Assembly: GCA_963703985.1 (NCBI GenBank)
Contig: CAVPGH010000003.1
Location: forward strand, 1,734 to 65,733
Source of the DNA: an uncultured Acidobacteriota bacterium
GTDB lineage: Bacteria; Acidobacteriota; Vicinamibacteria; Fen-336
Reading direction: 5' to 3'
DNA: 64,000 bases
Position numbers and translations under genes: made by a program. Below are positions 21,970 through 34,359 of the stretch, one piece after another (the first letter of the stretch is position 1; each line of letters opens with the position of its first letter). The notes beneath the pieces were generated by a model. It was not told the DNA's origin, searched no databases, and saw nothing but the letters and a program-made list of their open reading frames with translations.

Positions 21970-23623
21970 ATGGCCGCGCATCCCTCCGCGGGAAGGCCGG
22001 CACCGGCCGACCAGCTCGTTGACGTCGCCGAGCTGCTGGACGTCTACTTCGAGCAGAGCCCCGACGCCGCCAACCCGGCCGAGCGCGTGAGCTTCGGCAC
22101 CAGCGGCCACCGTGGGTCGTCGCTCGCCCGGACGTTCAACGAGGCGCACGTCCTGGCGATCACGCAGGCGATCTGCGAGTACCGGAAGGACCACGGCATC
22201 GACGGACCGCTGTACCTGGGGAAGGACACGCACGCGCTCTCCGGGCCGGCGTTCATGACCGCCCTCGAGGTGCTGGCCGCCAACGGCGTGGAGACGATGA
22301 TCGACGACAAGGACGGCTACACTCCGACGCCGGCCATCTCTCACGCCATCCTGACGCACAACCGGGGCCGGACGTCGGGGCGGGCCGACGGCATCGTGAT
22401 CACGCCTTCGCACAACCCGCCGGAAGACGGAGGGTTCAAGTACAACCCGCCCACGGGCGGCCCCGCCGACACGGCGATCACCCGGTGGATCCAGGACCGG
22501 GCGAACGAGCTGCTGTCGAGCGCCGCCGAGCGGGTGCCACGCATCCCCTACCCGCGCGCGAGCAGCGCCCCCACGACGCACCGGCACGACTACGTCGGCG
22601 CGTACGTCGGCGATCTCGCCTCGGTCGTCGACATGGAGGCCGTTCGCGCCGCCGGCCTCCGCATCGGCGTCGATCCGCTGGGCGGAGCCAGCCTCGCCTT
22701 CTGGCCCGCGATCGCGGAGCGTTACGGGGTCCGGATCGAGGTGGTCAACCCGGAAGTGGACGCCGCCTTCAGCTTCATGCCGCTCGACTGGGACGGCCGG
22801 ATCCGCATGGATTGCTCGTCGCGGCATGCGATGGCCAGGCTGATCGCGCTCAAGGACCGCTTCGACGTCGCCTTCGGCAACGATCCGGACAGCGACCGCC
22901 ACGGCATCGTCACGCCGCGCCGGGCTGATGAACCCGAACCACTACCTGGCGGCGGCGATCGCGTACCTGTTCTGCGCACCGCCCCGGGTGGCGCGGCGGA
23001 TTCGGCCGTCGGCAAGACCGTGGTGAGCAGCAGCATGATCGACCGCGTCGCGGCGAGGGTGGGACGGGCGCTCGTCGAAGTGCCGGTCGGCTTCAAGTGG
23101 TTCGTCGGGGGCCTGCTCGAAGGATCGCTCGGGTTCGCCGGCGAGGAGAGCGCGGGCGCGTCGTTCCTGCGCCGCGACGGCACGGTGTGGACCACCGACA
23201 AGGACGGGATCGTCATGGACCTGCTCGCGGCGGAGATCACCGCGCGCGCCGGCCGTGATCCCGCCGAGCTCTACGCCGAGTCTGACGCGCGACCTCGGGA
23301 CACCGGTCTACGAGCGCATCGATGCGCCGGCCACGCCCGAGGAGAAGGCCGTGCTCCTGGCGCTCGCGCCCGAAGCCGTCCGCGCGACGGAGCTCGCCGG
23401 CGATCCGATACGGGCGCTGCTGACGACGGCGCCGGGCAACGGCGCCCCGATCGGCGGACTGAAGGTCGTCAGCGAGCACGGCTGGTTCGCGGCGCGCCCG
23501 TCGGGCACCGAAGCGGTCTACAAGCTGTACGCCGAGAGCTTCCGCGGGCTCGCGCATCTGCGGCGGATCCAGGAGGAAGCGCGGGCCATCGTGGCCGCGG
23601 CGCTGGCGGGAGCGATGCGATGA
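21970..23623 (+). pseudogene. pgm: alpha-D-glucose-phosphate-specific phosphoglucomutase, four frameshifts as sequenced
   Basis: MAAHPSAGRPA... parallels E. coli Pgm MAIHNRAGQPA. The active-site loop is TPSHNPPEDGGFKYN. Frames switch 1>2 (~22920), 2>3 (~22976) and 3>1 (~22998), reading HGIVTPR / [18 protein letters not shown] / HRPGWRG / DSAVGKTVVSS. A further 1>2 switch occurs at ~23281 (ELYAE / LTRDLGTPVYERIDAPATPEEK...AGAMR*). Each is explained by one inserted base. Confidence 0.9.
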
Positions 23624-24276
23624 CGGCCGGCAGCCTGAGGAGCAGGCCAGCGCAGGAAGCATTCAGGGTCGCGGCGGCGAGCCCCGAGGAGGCCCAGGTG
23701 GTCCTGGGGCGGGCCATTCTGATCCGGCACGGCGAGACGGCGTGGACGTTGACCGGGCAGCACACCGGGAGGACTGACCTGCCGCTGACCGAGAACGGCC
23801 GCCAGACGGCGCGGCTGCTGGCACCCCTGGCCGCGAAAGCGAGCTTCGCGCGGGTGTTGACGAGCCCGCTCGGAAGGGCCCGCGAGACGTGCGAGCTGGC
23901 GGGCCTCGGCGCGCGGGCGGAAGTGGATGAAGACCTGATCGAGTGGAGCTACGGCGACTACGAGGGGTTGACCTCGAGCGAGATCGCCGCCCGGACGCCG
24001 GGCTGGATGTTGTTCAGCGACGGCTGCCCGGGGGGAGAGAGCCCGCAGGAGGTGGCCGCCCGCGTGGACAGGATCATCGCGCGGATCCGCGGCGTCGAGG
24101 GAGACGTGGCGCTGTTCGGGCACGGCCACCTCTTCAGGGTGCTCGCCGCGCGTTGGCTCGGGCTGTCGACCGTCGCGGGGTCCCGGTTCCTGCTCGACAC
24201 CGCGACCCTGAGCGTGCTCAGCCACTATCGCGGCATCCCGGCGCTCAAGGGGTGGAACGCGCCGCTGGAGTTCTGA
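23620..24276 (+). CDS. histidine phosphatase superfamily protein (phosphoglycerate-mutase-like / sugar-phosphate phosphatase)
   Basis: 218 aa. It has the RHGET catalytic motif ([11 protein letters not shown]) and a downstream GHGH motif. The ATG overlaps the pgm stop (ATGA). Confidence 0.85.
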   Translation: MTAGSLRSRPAQEAFRVAAASPEEAQVVLGRAILIRHGETAWTLTGQHTGRTDLPLTENGRQTARLLAPLAAKASFARVLTSPLGRARETCELAGLGARAEVDEDLIEWSYGDYEGLTSSEIAARTPGWMLFSDGCPGGESPQEVAARVDRIIARIRGVEGDVALFGHGHLFRVLAARWLGLSTVAGSRFLLDTATLSVLSHYRGIPALKGWNAPLEF

Positions 24277-24292
24277 AGAAGAGGAGTGGACG

Positions 24293-26704
24293 ATGGCGAA
24301 GCTGACCTCGAACAGAGAGCGTGAAGCACTGCCGCCCGTCGCGACCCGGGCGGCCGCACCGGACCTGCAGTTGACCGACACCTACTGGCGGGCGTGCAAC
24401 TACCTGTCGGTCGGGATGATCTACCTCCGGGACAACCCGCTGTTGAAGGAGCCGCTGCGGGTCGAGCACGTCAAGCACCGGCTGCTCGGCCACTGGGGGA
24501 CGAGCCCTGCGCTCTCCTTCGTGTGGGTGCACCTCAACCGGATGATCCTCGAGCACGACCTCGACATGATCTTCGTGGCGGGCCCGGGGCACGGCGCGCC
24601 GGGTGTGCTCGGGCCGGCGTATCTCGAGGGGACCTACTCGGAGGTCTACCCCGACAAGAGCGAGGACGAGGAGGGCTTGCGGAAGTTCTTCAAGCAGTTC
24701 TCCTTCCCCGGGCACATCGGCAGCCACGTGACGCCGGAGACGCCGGGCTCGATCCACGAGGGCGGCGAGCTCGGGTACAGCCTCTCGCACTCCTACGGGA
24801 TGGCGCTCGACAACCCGGACCTGATCGTCGCGTGCGTGGTGGGCGACGGAGAGGCCGAGACCGGGCCGCTCGCGACGGCCTGGCACTCGAACAAGTTCCT
24901 GAACCCCGTCCGTGACGGCGCGGTCCTGCCGATCCTGAACCTGAACGGCTACAAGATCTCCAACCCGACCATCCTCGCCCGCGTCAGCCACGAGGAGCTG
25001 GAGGCGCTGTTCGTCGGCTACGGCTACACGCCGTACTTCGTCGAGGGCAGCGATCCGGCGGAGATGCACGAGAAGATGGCGGCCACCCTGGAGCGGGCGA
25101 TCGGCGAGATCCGCGCGCACCAGAGGACCGCCCGCGAATCCGGCAAGCCGTTCCGGCCGCGCTGGCCGATGATCGTGCTCCGGTCGCCCAAGGGATGGAC
25201 GGGGCCCGCCGAGGTCAAGGGCCACAAGGTCGAGGGCTCGTGGCGCTCGCACCAGGTCCCGTTCGCGGACGTGCGGGAGAACCCGGCCAGCCTGAAGCTG
25301 CTGGAGGACTGGCTCCACAGCTACAAGCCCGAGGAGCTCTTCGACGCCTCTGGCCGGCTCAAGCCCGAGCTGAAGGCGCTGGCTCCCCGGGGCGGCCGCC
25401 GCATGAGCGCCAATCCTCACGCCAACGGCGGGCTGCTCAGGAAGGACCTGAGGCTCCCCGATTTCCGGAAGTACGCCGTCGAGGTCCCCGCGCGCGGCAC
25501 CGTGCAGCACGAGAACACCCGGCCCCTCGGCGAGTTCCTGCGCGACATCCTGAAGCTGAACCCGACCAGCTTCCGCGTGTTCGGGCCGGACGAGACGGCC
25601 TCCAACCGCCTGCAGGCGGTCTACGAGGCGACCAAGAAGGCGTGGATGGCCGAGATGCTTCCGGAGGACGCCGACGGGGGTGAGCTGTCGCCGGACGGCC
25701 GCGTCATGGAGATGCTGTCGGAGCACACCCTCCTCGGGTGGCTGGAGGGCTACCTGCTCACGGGCCGGCACGGCTTCTTCCACACCTACGAGGCGTTCGC
25801 CCACGTCGTCGACTCGATGGTCAACCAGCACGCCAAGTGGCTGGACATCAGCAAGAACCACGTACAGTGGCGGGCCTCGGTCGCCTCCGAGAACATCCTG
25901 CTTTCGTCGACGGTCTGGCGGCAGGACCACAACGGCTTCTCGCACCAGGACCCGGGGTTCATCGACCTCGTGACGAACAAGGGGCCGTCCGTCGTCCGCA
26001 TCTACCTCCCGCCGGACGCCAACACCCTGCTGTCGGTGGCCGATCACTGCCTGCGCAGCAAGGACTACGTCAACGTGATCGTGGCCGACAAGCAGAAGCA
26101 CCTGCAGTTCACCACCATCGACGAGGCGGTCGTGCACTGCACGAAGGGCATGGGCATCTGGGCCCGCGCCAGCACCGACGCCGGCGCGGAGCCGGACGTG
26201 GTGCTGGCCGGCTGCGGGGACGTGGCGACGATGGAGGCGCTGGCCGCCGCCTCGATCCTGCGCGAGAAGCAGCCCGACCTGAAGCTGCGGTTCGTCAACG
26301 TCGTGGACCTGTTCAAGCTGCAGCCGGCCGCGGAGCATCCGCACGGATCGACCGACGCGGAGTTCGACAGCCTGTTCACGACCGACAAGCCGATCATCTT
26401 CAACTTCCACGGGTACCCGTGGCTGATCCACCGCCTGGCCTACCGCTTCCAGGGACACGACAACCTGCACGTCCGCGGCTACAAGGAGAAGGGCAACATC
26501 AACACGCCGCTCGAGCTGGCGATGCTCAACGAGACGTCGCGCTTCCACCTGGTGATCGACGTCATCGATCGCGTGCCCCGGCTGCGAAACACCGCCGCTC
26601 ACCTGAAGGAAGAGATGAGGGACGCCATCGTCCAGAACATGGCGTACGCCCACGAGCACGGCACCGACCGCAAGGAGATCGCGGAGTGGGTATGGCCCCA
26701 CTGA
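24293..26704 (+). CDS. xfp: xylulose-5-phosphate/fructose-6-phosphate phosphoketolase
   Basis: 803 aa. It shows the characteristic [32 protein letters not shown] and [11 protein letters not shown] motifs. A GAGGAG RBS precedes the start. Confidence 0.95.
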   Translation: MAKLTSNREREALPPVATRAAAPDLQLTDTYWRACNYLSVGMIYLRDNPLLKEPLRVEHVKHRLLGHWGTSPALSFVWVHLNRMILEHDLDMIFVAGPGHGAPGVLGPAYLEGTYSEVYPDKSEDEEGLRKFFKQFSFPGHIGSHVTPETPGSIHEGGELGYSLSHSYGMALDNPDLIVACVVGDGEAETGPLATAWHSNKFLNPVRDGAVLPILNLNGYKISNPTILARVSHEELEALFVGYGYTPYFVEGSDPAEMHEKMAATLERAIGEIRAHQRTARESGKPFRPRWPMIVLRSPKGWTGPAEVKGHKVEGSWRSHQVPFADVRENPASLKLLEDWLHSYKPEELFDASGRLKPELKALAPRGGRRMSANPHANGGLLRKDLRLPDFRKYAVEVPARGTVQHENTRPLGEFLRDILKLNPTSFRVFGPDETASNRLQAVYEATKKAWMAEMLPEDADGGELSPDGRVMEMLSEHTLLGWLEGYLLTGRHGFFHTYEAFAHVVDSMVNQHAKWLDISKNHVQWRASVASENILLSSTVWRQDHNGFSHQDPGFIDLVTNKGPSVVRIYLPPDANTLLSVADHCLRSKDYVNVIVADKQKHLQFTTIDEAVVHCTKGMGIWARASTDAGAEPDVVLAGCGDVATMEALAAASILREKQPDLKLRFVNVVDLFKLQPAAEHPHGSTDAEFDSLFTTDKPIIFNFHGYPWLIHRLAYRFQGHDNLHVRGYKEKGNINTPLELAMLNETSRFHLVIDVIDRVPRLRNTAAHLKEEMRDAIVQNMAYAHEHGTDRKEIAEWVWPH

Positions 26705-26747
26705 GCCGCGGCGTCCACCGGTGGATCGACGAGAAGCGAGTAGGAGC

Positions 26748-28871
26748 ATGGTCATGACCGCATACGAAGCCGCTGTCCAGAGCACGCCGGCCCGCGCCGA
26801 CCGCGCGGGCCCGGCCCTCGACAAGCTGTGCATCGACACCATCCGTACCCTGTCCATGGACGCGGTGCAGGAGGCGAGTTCCGGGCACCCGGGCACGCCG
26901 ATGGCGCTCGCCCCGGTCGCGTACTGCCTCTGGCAGCGGGTCCTGCGGTTCGACCCCGCGCATCCCATCTGGCCGAACCGCGATCGGTTCGTGCTGTCGG
27001 CGGGCCACGCCTCGATGCTGCTCTACTCGATGCTGCACCTCACGGGCGTGCGGGCCGTGAACCCGAAGTACGAGACGCTCGGCCATCCGTCGGTGACGCT
27101 CGACGACATCAAGCGTTTCCGGCAGCTCGGCAGCCGCTGCCCCGGGCATCCGGAGTATCGCTGGACGTCGGGGGTCGAGACGACCACCGGGCCCCTCGGG
27201 CAGGGCCTGGCCACGAGCGTCGGCATGGCCATCGCCGCGAAATGGCTTGCGAGCACCTTCAACCGGCCCGGGTTCGACCTCTTCGACTACGACGTCTACG
27301 CCTTGTGCGGCGACGGCTGCATGATGGAGGGGATCTCCGGCGAGGCCGCCTCGCTGGCCGGCCACCTGGCTCTCGGCAACCTCTGCTGGATCTACGACAA
27401 CAATCACATCACGATCGAAGGCAACACCGCGCTCGCCTACAGCGACGACGTGGCGACGCGCTTCATCGGGTACGGCTGGAACGTCACCCGCGTGGGCGAC
27501 GCCAACGACCTGGAGATGCTCGAGCGCGCGTTCCGGACGTTCAAGCAGACCCCCGACCGCCCCACCCTCATCATCGTGGACAGCCACATCGCCTACGGCG
27601 CGCCGCACAAGCAGGACACGAGCGCGGCGCACGGCGAACCGCTCGGCGCCGAGGAGATCCGCCTCACCAAGCGGAGCTATGGCTGGCCGGAGGAGGCGAA
27701 GTTCCTCGTGCCCGACGGCGTCCGCGAGCACTTCGAGGCCGGGATCGGCGCCCGCGGCGCCGCGCTGCACCGCGGCTGGTGGGAGATGTTCGAGCGGTAT
27801 CGAGCTCAGTACCCGGAGCTGGCCGAGAACGGCTACCGCATGATGCGCCGCGAGCTACCCGAGGGCTGGGACCGGGGGTTACCGGTGTTCCCCGCCGACG
27901 AGAAGGGCGCGGCCACACGCGATGCCTCCGGCAAGGTCCTGAACGCGGTCGCGCGCAACGTGCCGTGGGTCCTCGGCGGTTCGGCCGATTTGGCGCCTTC
28001 CTGCAAGACCCGTCTCGCCTTCGAAGGGGCCGGCGACTTCAGCGCGGCGGACCGGGGTGGCCGCAACCTGCACTTCGGCATCCGCGAGCATGCCATGGGC
28101 GCGATCCTGAACGGCCTGTCCCTGTCGAAGATCCGGCCGTACGGCTCCGGCTTCCTGATCTTCAGCGACTACGGCCGGCCCGCGATCCGGCTGAGCGCGC
28201 TGATGGAGCTGCCGGTCGTCTACGTCTTCACGCACGACTCGATCGGCGTCGGCGAGGACGGGCCGACCCACCAGCCGGTCGAGCAGCTTGCCTCTCTCCG
28301 TGCGATTCCCGGGCTCGTCGTCCTGCGTCCGGCCGACGCCAACGAGGTGGTGGAAGCCTGGCGGTTGATCATGCAGCTCCGCCACGAGCCGGTGGCGCTC
28401 ATCTTGACCCGGCAGGCGGTCCCGACCCTGGACCGGAGCCGGTGCGCCCCCGCCGACGGGCTGCAGCGCGGCGCGTACGTCCTGCTCGACGCGCCGGACG
28501 GCCGGCCCGAGGTGCTGCTGCTGGCCACGGGCAGCGAGGTGTCCCTGTGCGTCGAGGCGCATCGGCGGCTCGAGGCGGATGGGATCAGGACGCGCGTGGT
28601 GAGCATGCCGTCGTGGGAGCTGTTCGAGCGGTACTGCCTCTATTACCCCGAGTATCGCGAGCAGATCCTGCCCTCGGCGGTCGCGGCCCGCGTGTCGGTC
28701 GAGGAGGGGTCGACCCTCGGCTGGGCGCGGTACGTCGGCGACCGCGGCGTGGCCCTCGGGATGGAGACCTTCGGGGCGTCGGCGCCGCTCCAGGAGCTGC
28801 AGAAGAAGTTCGGATTCACGCCGGAGAACATCGTGGCCACGGCCAGGCGGCTGGCCGGCCGGGAGAGTTGA
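26748..28871 (+). CDS. tkt: transketolase
   Basis: About 707 aa. Motifs present: [45 protein letters not shown] and [16 protein letters not shown]. The start is ATG 26748 or 26754. Confidence 0.94.
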   Translation: MVMTAYEAAVQSTPARADRAGPALDKLCIDTIRTLSMDAVQEASSGHPGTPMALAPVAYCLWQRVLRFDPAHPIWPNRDRFVLSAGHASMLLYSMLHLTGVRAVNPKYETLGHPSVTLDDIKRFRQLGSRCPGHPEYRWTSGVETTTGPLGQGLATSVGMAIAAKWLASTFNRPGFDLFDYDVYALCGDGCMMEGISGEAASLAGHLALGNLCWIYDNNHITIEGNTALAYSDDVATRFIGYGWNVTRVGDANDLEMLERAFRTFKQTPDRPTLIIVDSHIAYGAPHKQDTSAAHGEPLGAEEIRLTKRSYGWPEEAKFLVPDGVREHFEAGIGARGAALHRGWWEMFERYRAQYPELAENGYRMMRRELPEGWDRGLPVFPADEKGAATRDASGKVLNAVARNVPWVLGGSADLAPSCKTRLAFEGAGDFSAADRGGRNLHFGIREHAMGAILNGLSLSKIRPYGSGFLIFSDYGRPAIRLSALMELPVVYVFTHDSIGVGEDGPTHQPVEQLASLRAIPGLVVLRPADANEVVEAWRLIMQLRHEPVALILTRQAVPTLDRSRCAPADGLQRGAYVLLDAPDGRPEVLLLATGSEVSLCVEAHRRLEADGIRTRVVSMPSWELFERYCLYYPEYREQILPSAVAARVSVEEGSTLGWARYVGDRGVALGMETFGASAPLQELQKKFGFTPENIVATARRLAGRES

Positions 28872-28872
28872 G

Positions 28873-29308
28873 ATGCGGGTCGCGATCGGGTCGGATCACG
28901 CGGGCTTCGAGCTGAAGGAGACCATCAAGGCCTTCCTGGCCGGGAAGCACGGCGAGGTGCTGGACGTCGGGACCCACGGCAGGGATGCCGTCGACTACCC
29001 GGATTACGCCGCGGCGGTCGGCGCCGCCGTGCGCGAGCATCGGGCCGACCGCGGGATCATCTTCTGCGGCAGCGGTGTCGGGGCCTCGATGGCGGCCAAC
29101 CGCATTCCCGGCATCCGGGCCGGCCTCTGCCACGACACCTACTCCGCGCACCAGGGCGTGGAGCACGACGACATGAACGTGCTCGTGCTCGGCGGCCGGG
29201 TGGTCGGCAGCGACCTCGCCCGCGAGCGTGGTGGACGCGTTCCTGAACGCCCGTTTCACGGGCGAGGCGCGCCACCTGCGGCGGCTGGCCAAGGTGACGG
29301 CGCTCGAG
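28873..29308 (+). pseudogene. rpiB: ribose-5-phosphate isomerase B module; one frameshift, no stop codon of its own, runs in-frame into tal-pgi
   Basis: [22 protein letters not shown]...[58 protein letters not shown] is read in frame 1. [27 protein letters not shown] follows in frame 2, with the switch at ~29225. This aligns to the E. coli RpiB C-terminus (...GGRHQQRVEAITAIEQRRN*). Here the frame continues without a stop into [18 protein letters not shown]. Confidence 0.85.
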
Positions 29309-32176
29309 AACCCGCTGCGCGCGCTGCAGGTCTTCGGCCAGTCGGTGTGGCTCGACTACATCCGGCGCAGCCTGATCACGAGCGGCGAGCTGCGGCGCCT
29401 GATCGAGGAGGACGGCCTGCGCGGCGTGACCTCCAATCCCGCCATCTTCGAGAAGGCGATCGCCGGCAGCTCGGACTACGCCGACATCCTCGAGGCGCCC
29501 GGGCGCCGCGTCCATGGACGCCACGTCGCTCTACGAGAAGCTCGCCATCCGCGACATCCAGGACGCCGCCGACCTGCTGCGGCCCGTGTACGACGAGACG
29601 GGCCGGCGCGACGGGTACGTGAGCCTGGAGGTGTCGCCGCTCCTCGCCGCCGACACGGCGGGCACGCTCGCGGAGGCGCGGCGCCTGTGGGCCGCGGTCG
29701 GGCGCCCCAACCTGATGATCAAGGTCCCGGGCACGCCGGAGGGCATCCCGGCGATCCGCGAGCTGATCGGCGGAAGGCATCAACGTCAACGTCACGCTGC
29801 TCTTCGCGCAGGATGCCTACGAGCGGGCGGCGGAGGCGTACATCGCCGGCCTCGAGGCGCTCGTCGCCCGGGGCGGCGATCCGGCTCCCGTCGCCAGCGT
29901 GGCCAGCTTCTTCGTCAGCCGGATCGACACCTCGATCGACGCGGCGCTCGAGGCCCGGCTGTCGAAGGCGGCCGACGCGCGGGAGCAGCGGCTGCTTCAG
30001 TCGCTCGGCGGCAAGGTGGCGATCGCGAACGCGAAGCTCGCCTACGAGCGATACCGGGAGCTGTTCAGCGGCCCGCGCTGGCGTGCCCTGGCCGAACGCG
30101 GCGCGCAGACGCAGCGGCTCCTGTGGGCCAGCACGGGCACGAAGAACGCCAGCTACCGCGACGTGCTGTACGTCGAGGAGCTGATCGGGCCCGACACGGT
30201 CAACACCATGCCGCCCGCCGACGCTCGCCGCCTTCCGCGATCACGGGCGTCCTCGCGCGAGCCTCGCCGAGGACCTCGACGGCGCCTGCGACACCATGCG
30301 CACGCTCGCCGAGGCCGGCATCTCGCTCCGAGAGACGACCGACGCGCTGCTCGCCGACGGCGTCCAGCTGTTCGCCGACGCGTTTCGCAAGCTGCTGGAG
30401 GCCGTCGAGCGGCAGAGCCGGGGAGCCGGCGCCGAGCGGATCCACCGACGCGCGGCCCGCGCGCTGCCCCCGGCGTTCGAGGCGGCCGCTCAAGCAGTCG
30501 CTGGCCGACTGGCAGGCGCACGGCAAGGTCAGACGGCTGTGGGCGCGCGACTCGACGCTCTGGACCGGGCGCGACGAAGCGCAGTGGCTCGGGTGGCTCG
30601 GCATCACCAACGGGCAGCTGGCGCACCTGCAGCGGTTCGCGCTCATCCGGGAGGCGGCCCGGACCGGGGGGTTCTCCGCACGTCCTCCTCCTCGGCATGG
30701 GCGGCTCGAGCCTCTGCCCCGAGGTTCTGAAGACGACCTTCGGGCGGCAGCCGGGCTTCCCCGAGCTGCACGTGCTCGACTCCACGGATCCGGCCCAGGT
30801 CAAGGCTTTCGAGGAGAAGATCGACCCCGCGACGACGCTCTTCGTCGTCTCGAGCAAGTCGGGCTCGACGCTCGAGCCGAACATCTTCAAGCAGTACTTC
30901 TTCGAGCGCGCCGCCGAGCGGCTCGGCCGGCCGGAGGCGGCGCGCCGCTTCGTCGCGATCACCGATCCCGGCTCGAAGCTGCAGCAGGTGGCGGAGAGCG
31001 ACGGCTTCCGGCACGTCTTCGCCGGCTGGCCGGACATCGGCGGGCGCTACTCGGCGCTCTCGGACTTCGGCCTCGTGCCCGCGGCCGTCATGGGCGTCGA
31101 CGTGGCGAAGCTCCTGGATCGCACCGACGAGATGGTCGCGGCCTGCGCGCCGTGGGTCGCCGGCCGAGGAGAACCCCGGCGTCGTGCTGGGCACGATCCT
31201 CGGGCGTCGCCGCCAGCCGCTTCGGCCGCGACAAGGTGACGATCGTCGCCTCGCCGGGGATCTCCGGTCTCGGCGCCTGGCTGGAGCAGCTGGTGTGCGA
31301 GTCCACCGGCAAGGACGGCAAGGGGATCATCCCGATCGATCGCGAGCCGCTCGGGCCCCCGGAGGTGTACGGCGGCCGACCGGCTCTTCGTGTACACGCG
31401 TCTGCGGTCGGCGCCGGACGCGGCGCAGGACGATCGCGGTCGCCGCGCTGGAGCGGGCCGGCCACCCCGTCGTGCGCCTCGAGCTGGACGACGCGTACGA
31501 CCTGGGGCAGGAGTTCTTCCGCTGGGAGATCGCCACCGCGGTGGCCGGCGCCATCCTCGGCATCAACCCGTTCGATCAGCCGGACGTCGAAGCGAGCAAG
31601 GTGGCGACGCGGAAGCTGACGGCCGAGTACGAGCGCACGGGGACGCTGCCCGCGGAGACGCCGATCTTCTCGGACGGGCAGATCGCGCTCTTCGCCGACG
31701 CGAGGAACGCCGAAGCACTCGACCGGGCGGTCGGCCACCGCCGGAGCCTCGCCGGCTACCTCGGCGCGCACCTCGGCCGCCTGACGGAGGGGGACTACTT
31801 CGCGCTGCTCGCGTACGTCGAGATGAACGAGGCGAACGAGCGCGCGCTGCAGGCCATCCGCGCCTCCGTGCGCGACGCGCGGCGCGTGGCGACGTGCGTC
31901 CAGTTCGGCCCGCGCTTCCTCCACTCGACGGGGCAGGCGTACAAGGGCGGGCCGAACACGGGCGTCTTCCTGCAGATCACGTGCGACGACCCGCTCGATC
32001 TTCCGGTTCCCGGCCAGTCGTACACCTTCGGCGTCGTCAAGGCCGCCCAGGCCCGGGGCGATTTCCAGGTCCTGGCGGAGCGCAACCGGCGCGCTCTTCG
32101 TGTGCATCTGGGGGCGGACCTTCACGGTGCGCTGGCTGTCCTGCACGCCGCCTTCCGGGACGCCTTGGGGTCATGA
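29309..32176 (+). pseudogene. tal: bifunctional transaldolase / glucose-6-phosphate isomerase, about nine frameshifts as sequenced
   Basis: Transaldolase motifs: [65 protein letters not shown]. These are followed by PGI motifs: [85 protein letters not shown]. The frames advance by +1 at ~29508, 29772, 30221, 30487, 30678, 31160, 31204, 31373 and 31431. There are no nonsense codons in the correct frames. Confidence 0.88.
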
Positions 32177-32237
32177 AGGGATCGACTCGAGTGCGGAATG
32201 AAGACCAGCCAGAAGACCGGTTTGGGGGAGGTCGGTC

Positions 32238-33269
32238 ATGGACGACAGGACGATGAAGGCGGCGGTGGTCCACGAATTCGGCAAGCCGCTGGCGATCGAG
32301 GAAGTCGAGGTGCCGCGTCCCGGCGCCGGCGAGGTCCTGGTCAAGATCCGGGCCTGCGGCGTCTGCCACACGGACCTGCACGCGGCGGAAGGGGACTGGC
32401 CGGTCAAGCCGAAGCCACCCTTCATCCCCGGCCACGAGGGCGTTGGTCACGTGGTCGCGGTTGGCGCCGGCGTCCGCCACGTCAAGGAGGGCGACCGCGT
32501 CGGCATCCCCTGGCTTCATACGGCGTGCGGCCACTGCGAGCACTGCCTGGCGGGCTGGGAGACGCTCTGCGAGCAGCAGCAGAACACCGGCTACTCGGTC
32601 AACGGCGGCTTCGCCGAGTACGCGCTGGCGGATGCCGACTACGTCGGACACCTGCCCAGCAGCGTGGGGTTCGTGGAGATCGCACCCGTGCTGTGCGCCG
32701 GCGTGACGGTGTACAAAGGCCTGAAGGTCACCGACACCAGGCCCGGCAACTGGGTCGTGATCTCCGGCATTGGCGGCCTGGGCCACATGGCCGTCCAGTA
32801 CGCCAAGGCGATGGGCTTGAACGTGGCCGCGGTGGACGTCGACGACGCCAAGCTCGACCTGGCCCGGCGCCTGGGCGCCACCGTGACCGTCAACGCCAGG
32901 ACCAACGATCCGGTCGCCTATCTCAAGAAGGAGATCGGCGGCGCGCACGGGGTGCTGGTCACGGCCGTCTCGCCCAAGGCGTTCGAGCAGGCCGTCGGCA
33001 TGGTGCGCCGCGGCGGCACCGTCTCGCTCAACGGCCTTCCGCCGGGACAGTTCCCGCTCGACATCTTCGGCATGGTGCTCAACGGGATCACCGTGCGCGG
33101 GTCGATCGTCGGAACCCGCCTCGACCTCCAGGAGTCGCTGGACTTCGCCGCGCAGGGCAAGGTGCGCGCGACCGTCTCCACGGACGCCCTGGAGAACGTC
33201 AACGACGTGTTCGCGCGCATGCGCAAGGGCGGGATCGAAGGCCGAGTGGTCCTGGATCTGGGAGCGTGA
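32238..33269 (+). CDS. adh: zinc-dependent alcohol dehydrogenase (AdhP-like, MDR family)
   Basis: 343 aa. Motifs present: [26 protein letters not shown], the structural-Zn cysteines [15 protein letters not shown], and the Rossmann motif [21 protein letters not shown] precedes the start. Confidence 0.93.
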   Translation: MDDRTMKAAVVHEFGKPLAIEEVEVPRPGAGEVLVKIRACGVCHTDLHAAEGDWPVKPKPPFIPGHEGVGHVVAVGAGVRHVKEGDRVGIPWLHTACGHCEHCLAGWETLCEQQQNTGYSVNGGFAEYALADADYVGHLPSSVGFVEIAPVLCAGVTVYKGLKVTDTRPGNWVVISGIGGLGHMAVQYAKAMGLNVAAVDVDDAKLDLARRLGATVTVNARTNDPVAYLKKEIGGAHGVLVTAVSPKAFEQAVGMVRRGGTVSLNGLPPGQFPLDIFGMVLNGITVRGSIVGTRLDLQESLDFAAQGKVRATVSTDALENVNDVFARMRKGGIEGRVVLDLGA

Positions 33270-34357
33270 CGAGTGTCCAGATGGCGGTGAGGAGAACCCG
33301 TCCCGGATCGATGTACCAGACGGAGACGCTCCTCCGACGCCAGCTTCGGGTGCGCTATCCGGCCGGCCGCGGACGCGTCGTCCTCCGCACCGAGCTGGAT
33401 TGGGACCGGGACCTCGAGCCCATCCGCGTCTCCGATGACGGCGAGACCTCGACGTTCGCGCTCGAAGCGCGGAAGCCGTTCCTGTACTTCAAGCCGTGCC
33501 TGAGGACCCCGGACGGGGAGGTGCTTTGGTCCGTCGGCCCCAACATGCTCGTGCTGATGACCACGCGAGGGACCCGTGACGTCTTTCCCTACTTCGAGGG
33601 CTCGGCGGCGGGATCGTTCTCGGAGGTCCTCGAGCTCGATTCGACGATCCTCGGGCGAAAGCACCGGCTCCGCATCTACCTCCCGCCGGGGTACCGCGAG
33701 AACACCCTGCGCCGGCACCCGGTCCTCTACATGCAGGACGGCAAGAACCTCTTCTTCCCCGAGGAAGCCTTCGGCGGGCGCGAATGGCAGGTGGACGAAA
33801 CGCTCCATCTCCTCGACGGCATGAACGCCGTGGATCGGGTGATCGTGGTCGGGATCTACTCCGGGGACCGAATGGGCGAGTACACGAAGCCGGGGTACGA
33901 GGCGTACGCGCGGTCGGTCGTCGAGGAGCTCAAGCCCGAGGTCGAGGGGCGCTTCCGCGTCTTCGGCTCACCTCGCGAGACGGGCGTGATCGGGTCGTCG
34001 CTGGGCGGCGTCGTGTCCTTCTACATGGCCTGGGAGCACCCCCAGGCGTTCGGGTTTGCGGCTTGCATGTCGAGCCCCTTCTCCCACCGGGACGACCTCA
34101 TCGACCGCGTCCTCTCCGAGCCCAAGCACACCTCCAAGTTCTACCTGGACAGCGGCTGGCCCGGCGACAACTACGAGGTCACGCTGGCCATGGCCATGGC
34201 CCTGAGCCAGAGGGGCTACCGGCTTCCCGAGGACTTCCTCCATCTCGTCTTCCCCCTCGAAGAGCACGACGAGCGGGCGTGGGGCCGGAGGCTGCACGTC
34301 CCGGTAGAGCTCGGCCTCAGCCCGGTCGCGGCGGCCAAACGCGGGCGGTTCATCTGA
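33266..34357 (+). CDS. esterase-family alpha/beta hydrolase (PF00756-like) with N-terminal beta-sandwich domain
   Basis: The C-terminal part has [31 protein letters not shown] and the nucleophile elbow GSSLGG. The N-terminal ~110 aa form a separate domain. GTG 33266 overlaps the adh stop (GTGA); alternative ATG starts lie at 33281 and 33311. Confidence 0.75.
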   Translation: MTSVQMAVRRTRPGSMYQTETLLRRQLRVRYPAGRGRVVLRTELDWDRDLEPIRVSDDGETSTFALEARKPFLYFKPCLRTPDGEVLWSVGPNMLVLMTTRGTRDVFPYFEGSAAGSFSEVLELDSTILGRKHRLRIYLPPGYRENTLRRHPVLYMQDGKNLFFPEEAFGGREWQVDETLHLLDGMNAVDRVIVVGIYSGDRMGEYTKPGYEAYARSVVEELKPEVEGRFRVFGSPRETGVIGSSLGGVVSFYMAWEHPQAFGFAACMSSPFSHRDDLIDRVLSEPKHTSKFYLDSGWPGDNYEVTLAMAMALSQRGYRLPEDFLHLVFPLEEHDERAWGRRLHVPVELGLSPVAAAKRGRFI

Positions 34358-34359
34358 GG

